Assembly (NCBI GenBank): GCA_049967475.1
Contig: JBMFSQ010000006.1
Location: forward strand, 84,795-148,794
DNA length: 64,000 nt
DNA from: Chthonomonadales bacterium
Lineage (GTDB): Bacteria; Armatimonadota; Chthonomonadetes; Chthonomonadales; CAJBBX01
Reading direction: 5' to 3'
Positions 9,288 to 18,849 of this stretch are shown here, one piece after another. Within the stretch, counting starts at the first letter, position 1; each line of letters begins with the position of its first letter. The notes below the pieces were generated by a model, which was not told the origin of the DNA, made no database searches, and worked only from the letters and a program-made list of their open reading frames with translations. Both the position numbers and the translations under genes were made by a program.

Positions 9288-10076
9288 ATGTTGAAAAGGC
9301 GGCTGATCCCAAAGCTCCAAATGAAGGAAGGGCAATTCGGGGACCGGAGGCGCATGGTTCTGGTAACGACCATCCAGTTCGACGGCGTTGTAGAGATTGG
9401 CGATCCGGTGTCTCAGGCGAAGATCTACCAGGCGCAGGCAGTAGATGAGCTGATCTTTCTGGATCTGGATGCATCCCTGGAAAGCAGACCTGCGCTGACC
9501 GATGTGGTTCGACGTGCCGCCGAAGAGATCTTCATGCCCTTTACCGTGGGGGGCGGCGTACGCACGTGTGAGGATTTTCGCCGTCTCCTTGCCAGCGGCG
9601 CCGACAAGGTGAGCATCAACACGGCCGCCGTGGAGAACCCCAGTCTGATCCGGGAAGCAGCAGACACGTTCGGTTCCCAATGCGTGGTGCTCAGCATTGA
9701 CTACCGCACCCTGGCCGACGGCACGCGGCGTGTCTATATACGGGGCGGAACCGAGCCTACCGATTTGGATCCTGTAGAGTGGGCCGTCCAGGGTGAGCGT
9801 ATGGGTGCTGGAGAGATCCTCCTTACTTCCATGGACCGCGATGGTACGGGGGCAGGGTTGGATATCGCCTGCATTCGTGAAGTTACCCGCGCGGTGGGGA
9901 TCCCTGTGATCGCAGCAGGCGGATGTGGGCTGGCCTCGCATTTTGTAGAGGGCTTCCTTGAAGGAGGTGCCGACGCCGTGGCAGCCGGCACGTTCTTCTG
10001 CTTCCGCGATCAGAACCCCATGCAGACGCGATCCCACATCCGCAATGCGGGCATCCCCATCCGGCTGCATACCTGA
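9288..10076 (+). CDS. HisF-like TIM barrel (WbuZ-like)
   Basis: DELIFLD, TVGGG, GADKVSINT, FGSQC, GAGEILLTSMDRDGT; N-terminus RLIPKLQ lacks the Asp of the HisF 'IPCLD' motif. Confidence 0.9.
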   Translation: MLKRRLIPKLQMKEGQFGDRRRMVLVTTIQFDGVVEIGDPVSQAKIYQAQAVDELIFLDLDASLESRPALTDVVRRAAEEIFMPFTVGGGVRTCEDFRRLLASGADKVSINTAAVENPSLIREAADTFGSQCVVLSIDYRTLADGTRRVYIRGGTEPTDLDPVEWAVQGERMGAGEILLTSMDRDGTGAGLDIACIREVTRAVGIPVIAAGGCGLASHFVEGFLEGGADAVAAGTFFCFRDQNPMQTRSHIRNAGIPIRLHT

Positions 10077-10114
10077 TGCGGCCCCCCGCAAACCCCTGTG
10101 ATTGGAGCATAGGC

Positions 10115-11179
10115 ATGAAGGTGCCGGCGATCCTAGAAACGACACTGCGCGACGGCAGCTACGTAATCAACTTCCAGTTCACAGCCAGCGACACCGAGGT
10201 CATTGCCGGCGAACTGGACCGACTGGGTTTTCCTTTCATCGAGGTAGGCCACGGCATCGGCCTTGGAGCGTCTGAAGCCGGCATGGGCCAGGCCGCCGAA
10301 ACCGACGAGGGGTACATGCGGGCCGCGTCCAGGGCGGTAAAGCACGCCCGTTGGGGCATGTTCTGCATCCCCGGTGTGGCCAAACTTTGGCACATTGATA
10401 TGGCGGCGGATTACGGCATGGGTTTCGTACGGGTAGGCACGAATGTTACGGCAGTAGAGAGCTCTCGCGCGTTTATCGAGCGGGCAAAGAAGCATGGGCT
10501 CTTCGTGTCGGCCAACTTTATGAAATCGTACGCTATGGAGCCCCGGGAATTCGCCCAGATGGCAAAGCTAACCCGGGAATACGGCTCCGATGTCCTATGC
10601 GTTGTGGACTCCGCCGGCGGTATGATGACCAACGACGTCGAGGCCTATTTCGAAGCTGTGCGGGAAGTTACGGATATCCCCTTGGGCTTCCACGGTCACA
10701 ACAACTTGGAACTGGCGGTTGCCAACACGCTGCGGGCGGTTGAGCTGGGCGCTTCTATCGTAGACACGTCGCTGCAAGGGCTCGGCCGGAGTGCGGGCAA
10801 CACACCCACCGAGATCTTCCTGATGGCTCTCCAGCGAAAGGGAGTGCCTGTGGATATTGATCCCCTTGCCGTGATGGATGTGGGCGAGACCTACGTAAAG
10901 CCGTTGATCCGTAGGCACGGATACGATTCCGTAGACATCGTGTCGGGATATGCCCAGTTCCATTCCAGTTATATGGGCCTCATCCGTGAGTTCTCAGGCA
11001 AGTACCGTGTGGATCCCCGCCGCCTCATCATGGGGGTGTGCGCAGAAGATAAAGTGAACGCTCCACGGGACTTGGTGGAGCGCGTGGCCCAGAAGCTTGC
11101 CGAGGACACTGGCGAGGTCTACACCGCTCGCTTTGGTCTGGACCGATACTTCGGTGCCGAGCAGGATAATCAATCTTAG
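10115..11179 (+). CDS. 4-hydroxy-2-oxovalerate aldolase-like DRE-TIM metallolyase
   Basis: ETTLRDGSY, IEVGHG, VVDSAG, GFHGHNNL, GLGRSAGN, 'HSS' motifs. Confidence 0.85.
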   Translation: MKVPAILETTLRDGSYVINFQFTASDTEVIAGELDRLGFPFIEVGHGIGLGASEAGMGQAAETDEGYMRAASRAVKHARWGMFCIPGVAKLWHIDMAADYGMGFVRVGTNVTAVESSRAFIERAKKHGLFVSANFMKSYAMEPREFAQMAKLTREYGSDVLCVVDSAGGMMTNDVEAYFEAVREVTDIPLGFHGHNNLELAVANTLRAVELGASIVDTSLQGLGRSAGNTPTEIFLMALQRKGVPVDIDPLAVMDVGETYVKPLIRRHGYDSVDIVSGYAQFHSSYMGLIREFSGKYRVDPRRLIMGVCAEDKVNAPRDLVERVAQKLAEDTGEVYTARFGLDRYFGAEQDNQS

Positions 11180-11221
11180 TTGGGTTTGCGGGCCCGGGGC
11201 CAAAGGGTGCGGGAAGTGATT

Positions 11222-12748
11222 ATGGGAAGCCGGCGGGATAACTGGATTATTGAGCCCTTCGCCAGGTATGCAGACCGGCTTTTCCTGGTGGATGCCCTTC
11301 AAGGAAGGGCATTGACATACGGGCAGGCTGGAACGGCGGCTGCGGGAATTGCTCGCATGCTTGAGGCGCGCGGTGTGGCGCCTGGGGACCGCGTAGGGCT
11401 TTTGTTGGAGAACTCGCTCGAATTTGCCCTGTTCTACTTCGGTTGCCTCCTATGTGGTGCAACGGCTACGCCCGTCAATACGGCCCTGCACCCGCGGGAG
11501 ATCGAGTTCCTTGCGACACATGCGCGGCTCAAAGTGCTGGTGTACTCCCCCCGCACGGCATCCTTGGTGCCCCACACTCTTGTCGAGGCGGCGATGCTTC
11601 CTCTTTGGGAAATTCATCCCGCTGGGGAAGGCGTTGGAACCTTCCTGGATGCAGCTCTGGGAGCCGGGAGTGACCCGTTCCTTTGGGAACCGCATGAGGA
11701 AAACCTCTTGACGATCACGTTCACTTCGGGAACCACCGGATTGCCGAAGGGAGTTGTGCACAGGGCGGGGGCCCTCCTCCGGAACGCGGCCGCATTCAAC
11801 GAGATGATGGGCTTTGGCCCAGACCGGCGCTTTCTTCATGTGATGCCTATGGCGTACATGGCAGGCATTCTCAACACGTTGTTTTTGCCCTACATGGCGG
11901 GAGCTTCCGTGGTCCTAGCGGCTCGCTTCGACGCGGCGTCGGTGCTGCATTTCTGGCGGCCGGTAGTCCAGCATCATGCAGACACCTTCTGGCTGGCGCC
12001 CACCATGTGCGCGGCCCTCGTGCGTGGTGACCGTGACCGCAAGGGCGCGGAATGGTGCCGGGAGCATGTTCGAACGATATGCGTGGGCACGGCTCCCCTT
12101 CCTCGTCGTGTGGCATCCGATTGGAAGAATAAGTACGGCGTGGAATTGCTGGAGAGTTACGGGCTTTCCGAACTTCTTTTGGTGTCGGGCAACTGCGAGA
12201 GCTTTGATCGGCGGGAAGGCTCCGTGGGCCGCCTCGTGCCGGGGGTCGCGGTGGAATTTGGAGGCGACGGCGAGATCCTGGTCCGCACTCCGTACCTTAT
12301 GGAGGGATACCTGGATTACGACACCGGAAAGCCCAATCGCTGCCTCCCCGGGTCTCGTTTTGCGACAGGTGATCTCGGCGAGCTTGATGAAGCGGGTAAC
12401 CTATATATAACAGGACGCAAAAAGGACCTCATCATCCGGGGCGGCGTGAACATAAGCCCGCGGTCCGTGGAAGAGGCGCTGCTGGATCATCCGGCGGTAG
12501 TAGAGTGTGCCGTGCTTGGACTTCCCCACGATTTTTACGGTGAAGAGATCGCTGCCGCCGTCAAGCTTCGGCAGGCAGGGGGGCTGCAAGACGTGCGGCA
12601 GGATCTGGAGGCATGGTGTCGGCAGCGCCTAGCGGCGGCCGCTATTCCTACGCGATGGGTTGAAGTGCTGGAGTTCCCTGTGAGCACGAACGGCAAGATC
12701 CAGAAGGCGGTCCTCCGCGAACGGTTGACGGCTGGGAAACGGGCATGA
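11222..12748 (+). CDS. Class I adenylate-forming enzyme (acyl-CoA/acyl-ACP ligase)
   Basis: FTSGTTGLPKG, YGLSE, TGDLG, GRKKDLIIRGG, GKIQK; start 11180 (TTG) also possible. Confidence 0.9.
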   Translation: MGSRRDNWIIEPFARYADRLFLVDALQGRALTYGQAGTAAAGIARMLEARGVAPGDRVGLLLENSLEFALFYFGCLLCGATATPVNTALHPREIEFLATHARLKVLVYSPRTASLVPHTLVEAAMLPLWEIHPAGEGVGTFLDAALGAGSDPFLWEPHEENLLTITFTSGTTGLPKGVVHRAGALLRNAAAFNEMMGFGPDRRFLHVMPMAYMAGILNTLFLPYMAGASVVLAARFDAASVLHFWRPVVQHHADTFWLAPTMCAALVRGDRDRKGAEWCREHVRTICVGTAPLPRRVASDWKNKYGVELLESYGLSELLLVSGNCESFDRREGSVGRLVPGVAVEFGGDGEILVRTPYLMEGYLDYDTGKPNRCLPGSRFATGDLGELDEAGNLYITGRKKDLIIRGGVNISPRSVEEALLDHPAVVECAVLGLPHDFYGEEIAAAVKLRQAGGLQDVRQDLEAWCRQRLAAAAIPTRWVEVLEFPVSTNGKIQKAVLRERLTAGKRA

Positions 12749-13476
12749 TTATCGGAATGGACCATATCGCTCTCTCCACAAGGAACGCCGAGGAGGACGT
12801 CGAAGCCCTCAAGCCATTAGGATATCACCTCAAGTTTCTGCAGCGCGATGTTCGCAATGCTCCTCAGAAACAGCCGTTCCTGCGGGAATTCCGTCCCGTG
12901 CACACGATAGCATACTGCCGCAACGGGCGCGGACTAGCCATCGAGCTTACGGAGCACGGCCCGCATGTGTACCCTGGCGCCTCACGGTACGGTGTCTATG
13001 CGTTTGCTGGAGCGCCCGATCTCATTCGGGGCGTGAGCCTTTCTACTGCAGATCCCGAGCGTTCCCTGCGCTTCTGGCACGATGGATTGGGCCTCGAGCC
13101 GGTGCGGGGTGAGGCGGCCCAGCCGGTGATCCCGGAACGGTTTGCGCCCTTCGTACCTGCGGCATTGTCTGCGGATCGCGTGGCCGCTGCAGGCCACCGC
13201 CTGGCGGCTTGTGCGCCCGCTCCTGCCTGGTGTATGGAGCTGGCTTTGGTTGCGGCGGATAAGGAAGGGGAAGAGCCCATGCTGGATGATGCCGGCCTCA
13301 CATGCCTTTGCCTGCTCAGCACCTCTATCGAGAGGGACTTGGCAAGGGCCGTGCGCGCCGGAGGAACGCAGGCAACGGATGTATTTCCGCTGCAGGTCAA
13401 CGGCCGCCTCTTGCGGGTTGCCATGCTGCGGGGTACGGCAGGTGAGATCGTAGAGCTCATTCAGTTTGCACGGTAG
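12745..13476 (+). CDS. VOC (glyoxalase/epimerase-like) family protein
   Basis: N-terminal 'MDHIAL', 'AIELTE', C-terminal 'GEIVELIQ' fit the paired beta-alpha-beta-beta-beta VOC fold; ATGA coupling to the upstream gene. Confidence 0.6.
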   Translation: MIIGMDHIALSTRNAEEDVEALKPLGYHLKFLQRDVRNAPQKQPFLREFRPVHTIAYCRNGRGLAIELTEHGPHVYPGASRYGVYAFAGAPDLIRGVSLSTADPERSLRFWHDGLGLEPVRGEAAQPVIPERFAPFVPAALSADRVAAAGHRLAACAPAPAWCMELALVAADKEGEEPMLDDAGLTCLCLLSTSIERDLARAVRAGGTQATDVFPLQVNGRLLRVAMLRGTAGEIVELIQFAR

Positions 13477-13524
13477 AGCCCACACGCCCCTTCTTGGGTA
13501 CGGCCAGTAACGGAGGCTTCGGTT

Positions 13525-14196
13525 ATGGCACGGCGGATCGTAGACCTTACGTACCTCATCCACGAGGGGATGACGACATTCCCCACGCACTATCACCCAG
13601 TAGTAGAAATTACTCAATTGGGCCGATTTGGCATCGAAGATCGCGAAACGCGCCGCTTGACGCTCGGGACGCACACCGGCACCCATTGCGACGCGCCGCG
13701 GCACTTCATCCCGGGCGGCACCACCGTAGAAGATTTGGATCTCGAAGTTCTGGTGGGTCCGGCTGTAGTTCTCGATTTGACTTCTGCAGGGCCCTTTGGA
13801 GCTGTAGACACCGAAGATCTTCAAAGGGCATTGCGCGGGCGCAGGCCGCAACGTTTGGTGCTTAGGTTCGATTGGTCAGACCATTGGGGGAGGATGACCT
13901 ATTACACCGATCATCCGTACCTCACCCAAGAGGCGTCGAGTTGGTTGGTGCGTGAAGGAGTGAGGCTGCTGGCTATGGACACGCCCATGCCGGACAATCC
14001 GAAGAATGGCCGCGGTACCCCTCTGGACTCTCCCAACCACAAGATCCTCTTGGGCGCAGGTGTCGTCTTGGTGGAATACCTCTGCAACCTCCGGTCCCTC
14101 ACACGAGATGAGGTGGACCTCATTGTGCTGCCGCTCAAGGTGAAGGAGGGCGATGGGGCACCCGTGCGGTGCGTTGCCATCGAGGAAGTGTCATGA
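13525..14196 (+). CDS. Cyclase family metal-dependent hydrolase (kynurenine formamidase-like)
   Basis: HTGTHCDAPRH (HxGTHxDxPxH), 'VEYLCNL', 'PLK...DGAPVR'. Confidence 0.9.
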   Translation: MARRIVDLTYLIHEGMTTFPTHYHPVVEITQLGRFGIEDRETRRLTLGTHTGTHCDAPRHFIPGGTTVEDLDLEVLVGPAVVLDLTSAGPFGAVDTEDLQRALRGRRPQRLVLRFDWSDHWGRMTYYTDHPYLTQEASSWLVREGVRLLAMDTPMPDNPKNGRGTPLDSPNHKILLGAGVVLVEYLCNLRSLTRDEVDLIVLPLKVKEGDGAPVRCVAIEEVS

Positions 14197-14885
14197 TGGA
14201 ACACGATCCGGCGGAGCTTTGGACTTCTTATTATGCCAAAGCGCGGCGCGACGGCGTAGACCTCGCCTGGCCCAGCGAAACGCTGGTGCGGCTCATGAAG
14301 GGTTCCTACATACCAGGGCTGGACCGCTGCTATGAGGGCAAGCGCGTTCTGGAGGTGGGCTTCGGAAGCGGCAACAACCTCGTCTTCCTGGCGAGCCTGG
14401 GATTGGAAGTCCACGCTGTTGAGGTTACACGGCAAGTGTGTGCCCTTGCCCAGGAGCGCCTCGGTCGGTTGGGCATCACCGCCGATCTGAGGGTGGGTAC
14501 GAACCGGCATCTGCCCTATCCCGACAGCTATTTCGATGTGCTCGTGTCTTGGAATGTCATCCACTACGAGGACACATCGCGGAAGATCGAAGCTGCAATC
14601 CGAGAATACGCCCGCGTCCTCAAGCCGGGCGGGCGCTTCTTCCTCTCCACAACGGGTCCGGAGGACATGATCCTCGCTGAGGCAGAAACCGTAGATTGCC
14701 ATCGTTACCGCATCGGTCGGAGTGACGACTTCCGTAAGGGGCAAGTGTTTTTCTACTTCGACGCACCCAACTGCGTAAAAAGGTTCTTCCAGCAGGCGTT
14801 CCACGAAGTGCTCGTAGGGCGCACGCGGGATCACCTCATGACGCAGACACTGGATTTCTTCGTGGTAACCGGGGTGAAACCCTAA
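14193..14885 (+). CDS. Class I SAM-dependent methyltransferase
   Basis: VLEVGFGSG, LPYPDSYFD, RVLKPGG. Confidence 0.88.
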   Translation: MMEHDPAELWTSYYAKARRDGVDLAWPSETLVRLMKGSYIPGLDRCYEGKRVLEVGFGSGNNLVFLASLGLEVHAVEVTRQVCALAQERLGRLGITADLRVGTNRHLPYPDSYFDVLVSWNVIHYEDTSRKIEAAIREYARVLKPGGRFFLSTTGPEDMILAEAETVDCHRYRIGRSDDFRKGQVFFYFDAPNCVKRFFQQAFHEVLVGRTRDHLMTQTLDFFVVTGVKP

Positions 14886-14899
14886 GGAGGCAAGGCAAG

Positions 14900-15190
14900 T
14901 TGGAGGGACACGCGAGGGCCCGAGCCTACGTGCTCGGCTTCTTTAGCGAACGGGGAACGATCCCTGGCGATACCGAAGAGGAGCGGATGGCGTGCGATTA
15001 CATTTACGCCAATCTGGTGGACTCTATGGGAATGGTGGAGCTGATTACCGGCGCCGAGGAAGAGCTGGGAGTGGAATTGACCCAGGAAGATTTTGAGGAC
15101 CCACGCTTCAAGACCGTGGGCGGCCTCATCCATGTGCTTGCTTCCAAGATGGAGCCAGGCGTACCATCGGGATTGACGGCCAATGAGTGA
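14900..15190 (+). CDS. Acyl carrier protein
   Basis: 96 aa acidic protein, 'LVDSMGMVELI' phosphopantetheine-Ser motif, 'EEELGV', 'FKTVGGL'; AAGGAGG SD before TTG. Confidence 0.85.
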   Translation: MEGHARARAYVLGFFSERGTIPGDTEEERMACDYIYANLVDSMGMVELITGAEEELGVELTQEDFEDPRFKTVGGLIHVLASKMEPGVPSGLTANE

Positions 15191-16544
15191 CCTTGCCTTG
15201 GCGTTGGATGTGATGGAGGCGATCCTGGGCCTCAATATCGGCATCGCCCAGGCGCAGAATGAGGAAGCCTTTCGCCTTCTTCAATCGCTCCATCCCCTGG
15301 ATCTGCTCGCCTTCCCCAGTGACAGCGAATACAATGGATGGGTAGTGCCGCGGGATTGGGTGGTGCACAAGGCTGCCATTCGGTGCGGCGGGGAAGTCCT
15401 TTTCGACGGCAGATGCCATCCGTTGGCCGTAGCCGGGTACTCATCCTCATTCCAGGGAAGGCTGACCCGCGAGGAGCTGGCGCCGCACATCTTCACCAGG
15501 CCGGATCAGCCCGATGCATACCCGTTCCACTGCATCTACAACTATCGGCCGTGGGTACAGCACTGGGGCTTTTGCGTGCCGCATAGGCAATACGCATCCT
15601 GGCCGGACGGCGTTTACGAGGTTGAATTGGACACAGAACGCCGCCCGGGAACGATGACCGTGGCGCAGATCCATCATGAGGGCGATTTGCCGGATACGGT
15701 GGTGTTCAATGCCCACACATGCCATCCGTGTCAGGCCAACGATGACCTGTCCGGGGTGATGGCGATTTTGCTTCTATTCCGGAAGCTTCGCGGGCGCAAG
15801 ACGCGTTTGAGTTACCGGGCTGTTCTTGGCCCGGAACATCTGGGCACGGTCTTCTACCTTCGGGATCTCCCCGAGAGCGATCTTCAGCGCCTCAAGGCGG
15901 GCGTATTCGTCGAGATGGTCGGTTCCAGCGGGCCGCTGGTTCTTCAGCAAAGCTTCCACGGCGACAGCTTCGTGGATCAGATTGCCGAACACGTCCTTCG
16001 CGAGGTGCAGCCCGATCTGCAAGTGGGCGCATTCCGCACCATAGTAGGTAATGACGAGACCGTTTGGGAAGCGCCGGGTGTCGAAATCCCCTTCATATCC
16101 ATTTCGCGTTGGCCGTATCCCCAGTACCATACCAGCGCCGACAATATGGCGATCATCTCCGGGGACCGCCTGCAGGAAGCCGTGGATGTGCTCTGGGCGA
16201 TGGTGGAGATATTGGAAGCGGATCGAACGATCGAGCGGCGGTTTAGGGGGCTTGTGGCGCTCTCCAACCCTGCGTACAACCTCTACATCGAGCGCCCCGA
16301 TCCGGTGGTAGCAAAGCACCTTACCGAAAGAGATCTCAGGCTAGGCTCCCTCCAAGACCGGTTGCCCCGCTACTTCGACGGGAGGCATACGGTTTTTCAG
16401 ATCGCCCACAAGTTCGGCGTTCCCTTCGCAGGGGATCACGGCCTTCGCAGGTACCTCGAAAGGTTCGCCGAAAAAGGCCTCGTGCGGCTTCACCCCATTT
16501 CCACGCTGGACGTTTACTCCCGAAGTACGGAGGGCGTGCTGTGA
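15183..16544 (+). CDS. DUF4910-type Zn-peptidase-like protein
   Basis: GWVVP..W, HTCHPCQANDDLSG, GPE, GNDE, YPQYHTSADN; C-terminal winged-helix-like region. Confidence 0.8.
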   Translation: MSDLALALDVMEAILGLNIGIAQAQNEEAFRLLQSLHPLDLLAFPSDSEYNGWVVPRDWVVHKAAIRCGGEVLFDGRCHPLAVAGYSSSFQGRLTREELAPHIFTRPDQPDAYPFHCIYNYRPWVQHWGFCVPHRQYASWPDGVYEVELDTERRPGTMTVAQIHHEGDLPDTVVFNAHTCHPCQANDDLSGVMAILLLFRKLRGRKTRLSYRAVLGPEHLGTVFYLRDLPESDLQRLKAGVFVEMVGSSGPLVLQQSFHGDSFVDQIAEHVLREVQPDLQVGAFRTIVGNDETVWEAPGVEIPFISISRWPYPQYHTSADNMAIISGDRLQEAVDVLWAMVEILEADRTIERRFRGLVALSNPAYNLYIERPDPVVAKHLTERDLRLGSLQDRLPRYFDGRHTVFQIAHKFGVPFAGDHGLRRYLERFAEKGLVRLHPISTLDVYSRSTEGVL

Positions 16545-17422
16545 AGACCTATTCTCCCGCGGACCTCGCCCAGGCGCTGCGAAGAGTAGGCATCCCGCGA
16601 GGAGGGATCGTTCTGGTGCACAGCGCCTTGTTCAGCCTTGGCGCGATGGAGGGCGTTCCTCCAGCCCAAGTTCCTGCACAAGTGTATCGCGCCTTTCGGG
16701 AAGTGATAGGGGATGAAGGGACCCTTTGCGTGCCGGCCGCCTTCGACGATTATGCGCGCTTCGCCCTACCATACGACTGCCGCCGCAGCCCGGTGGACCG
16801 TGGGCAGGGCGCATTCAGTGAGTATGTTCGTTCGCTCCCCGGCACTGTGCGAACGTACTGCCCTATGATGGCTGTGGCGGCCAACGGACCGCTGGCTGAG
16901 GACATTTGCCATCAGTATACGGGATCAGCCTTTGGAGTAGACTCCGCGTGGGACCGCCTATACGAGCACGACGCGGGCATTTGCTTTTTGGGCGTGCGTC
17001 CGGCCTATGCTTTTACGTTCACCGGATACATCCAAGCGCGTTACGGGGTGCCACACCTCTATTCCAAGCTCTATACGACGCCCGTTTACGAGGATGGCAA
17101 TCCGGTGAACCTGCCGATAACGTGCCACGTAAGGTACCGCAATCCCGCCTTCAAGATTGCAGAGAATTGCGTTCCCTTCGAGGAACACCTCAAGGCGTGC
17201 GGGATCACACGGATGGAAGGTGTGGGGCGCGGGGCCGTATACTTTATGCCTTCTGCTCGTGCGGTATTCCGGGAAGGCGTGGAGTGCCTGAAAAAGAACC
17301 TTTTCTACTTTTGCAAGCAAGTGCCGGAATTCATTCCCGGTGAAGTCCCCATGGACGGGGCAACCGGCAAATTCGTTCCAGACGAACTGCGCCTGCGCAG
17401 TGCGGCGCCTCAGGAAGGATGA
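16541..17422 (+). CDS. AAC(3)-family N-acyltransferase (divergent active site)
   Basis: L...GI..G.IVLVHS, GTLCVP, G.FSEYVR, AFG.DS, ICFLGV pattern of the aminoglycoside 3-N-acetyltransferase fold. Confidence 0.78.
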   Translation: MKTYSPADLAQALRRVGIPRGGIVLVHSALFSLGAMEGVPPAQVPAQVYRAFREVIGDEGTLCVPAAFDDYARFALPYDCRRSPVDRGQGAFSEYVRSLPGTVRTYCPMMAVAANGPLAEDICHQYTGSAFGVDSAWDRLYEHDAGICFLGVRPAYAFTFTGYIQARYGVPHLYSKLYTTPVYEDGNPVNLPITCHVRYRNPAFKIAENCVPFEEHLKACGITRMEGVGRGAVYFMPSARAVFREGVECLKKNLFYFCKQVPEFIPGEVPMDGATGKFVPDELRLRSAAPQEG

Positions 17423-18849
17423 ACAAACGCAGGTTCCTGATCGTCGTACCGTACAAGGCCAGAGATCTGGAGGGCCACGCCCTGGTGGCCTACTATCTGG
17501 AGCGCCTCTTCGGCCACGAAGTAGTGTGTACGAACGGATACGCCATCCCCAAAAAGCTTCTGCGCTGGGCCCCTGATGTTCTAGTGTTGGATCACCTGAA
17601 TTGGGACTTCAAACGTGCGGAAGCAGCAGAAGCTCACCGGATGGGCATGCGCGTGGCAGTTCTGCCCACCGAGGGTCTCTTTTTGAACGATAGGGCAGTG
17701 GAACAGCAGGCGCAAGTTGTGGCCGCCGCATCCCAGCACGTGGATTTGTACCTGTGCTGGGGCGATCGGCTGCGCGCAGCCTTGATGCGCGTGGCGGGGA
17801 TGTCCGGCAGCCAGGCAGTAACGGTGGGATGCGTGCGGAACGACTTTTTCGCCGACCCGTTCCTCGCCACGTCCTCTACCCGTGAACAATTCGCCGCCCA
17901 ATGGAAACTCGATCCCGATAAGCCCATCATCTTGTGGGCCACCAACACGACGTATTATGCACGAGATCCCCGCAAGATTATTCGCCGGTATGTTCGAAAG
18001 GGCGGGCTCACGGAGGATGAAGTGCGGAGTTTTCTCGATGCGGAGGTGCAGCAATTCGAGCATGGGTGGCGCGTGGTGGAGGAACTCGCACGGCGTCATC
18101 CCGAATGGAACCTCCTCATCAAAATCCATCCAGCCGAGCAACCCCGACCCTACGTCCACCGCGCCCGGCGTGCGCCGAACATTCGCATCGCATTGAATGC
18201 GCCAATCCGGGATTTCCTTTTGCATTCCGACGTGCTGTTGCAGCGCAATTGCACCACGGCTACGGAAGCATGGATGTTCGGCAAACCCGTACTCCAGCTC
18301 GAGATAGGCGATTACGCATTTCAACCGGAGGCGCTCTACCGGGACGGCTGCCACATGGTCTATTCGACGGATGAGGCGTGCAATGCCGTGGAGGCGTACG
18401 TAGAAGGGGTGCCGATCTCACCGCAGCAGAAGCGGGCGCGCGATGAATTCCTTGCAGCTACATACTACCGTGTTGACGGTGGATCCGGTTTGCGCATCGC
18501 CCAGGCGCTTCACCGCCTCGTGTCGGCCCCTGCTTACACAGACGAAGATCGGGCGCGTGTTCAAGACACGGTGCGCCGAGCTTACGCCGAGTGGAAGCGC
18601 CGCGAGGACGCTCGGGCAGTGAACCGCGTAAAAGACCTGCTCCATATTTCCAGGGAAGTGTCCCTTCGCTGGTGGAAGAAACTGCCGCAGAGGGACACGT
18701 GGGGCAAGTGGGGCGGCTACGTGGCCGAACCCGAGATCACGCGCGAGATGGTAGAGGAACTTTACGCTCGGTATGCCGAAGTGGTGCCCATAGCCCAAGC
18801 GCAGCATTGGATGGCGGCAGCCGGCGGGCAGGAGCCCAAGGATGCCTGA
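17419..18849 (+). CDS. Surface carbohydrate biosynthesis protein (GT-B, putative nonulosonate transferase)
   Basis: RDL, LPTEG, LCWG, VGC.RND, IKIHPAE, CTTATEA..GKP motifs. Confidence 0.65.
   Translation: MNKRRFLIVVPYKARDLEGHALVAYYLERLFGHEVVCTNGYAIPKKLLRWAPDVLVLDHLNWDFKRAEAAEAHRMGMRVAVLPTEGLFLNDRAVEQQAQVVAAASQHVDLYLCWGDRLRAALMRVAGMSGSQAVTVGCVRNDFFADPFLATSSTREQFAAQWKLDPDKPIILWATNTTYYARDPRKIIRRYVRKGGLTEDEVRSFLDAEVQQFEHGWRVVEELARRHPEWNLLIKIHPAEQPRPYVHRARRAPNIRIALNAPIRDFLLHSDVLLQRNCTTATEAWMFGKPVLQLEIGDYAFQPEALYRDGCHMVYSTDEACNAVEAYVEGVPISPQQKRARDEFLAATYYRVDGGSGLRIAQALHRLVSAPAYTDEDRARVQDTVRRAYAEWKRREDARAVNRVKDLLHISREVSLRWWKKLPQRDTWGKWGGYVAEPEITREMVEELYARYAEVVPIAQAQHWMAAAGGQEPKDA

Noticed and set aside
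8647..10076. hisH/hisF as a histidine biosynthesis operon
   Set aside because: No other his genes, the HisF catalytic Asp is missing, and the context is WbuX-type.
16541..17422. Aminoglycoside resistance gene
   Set aside because: Embedded in a biosynthetic cassette with an ACP, lacks the canonical HxxE, and has no mobile-element context.
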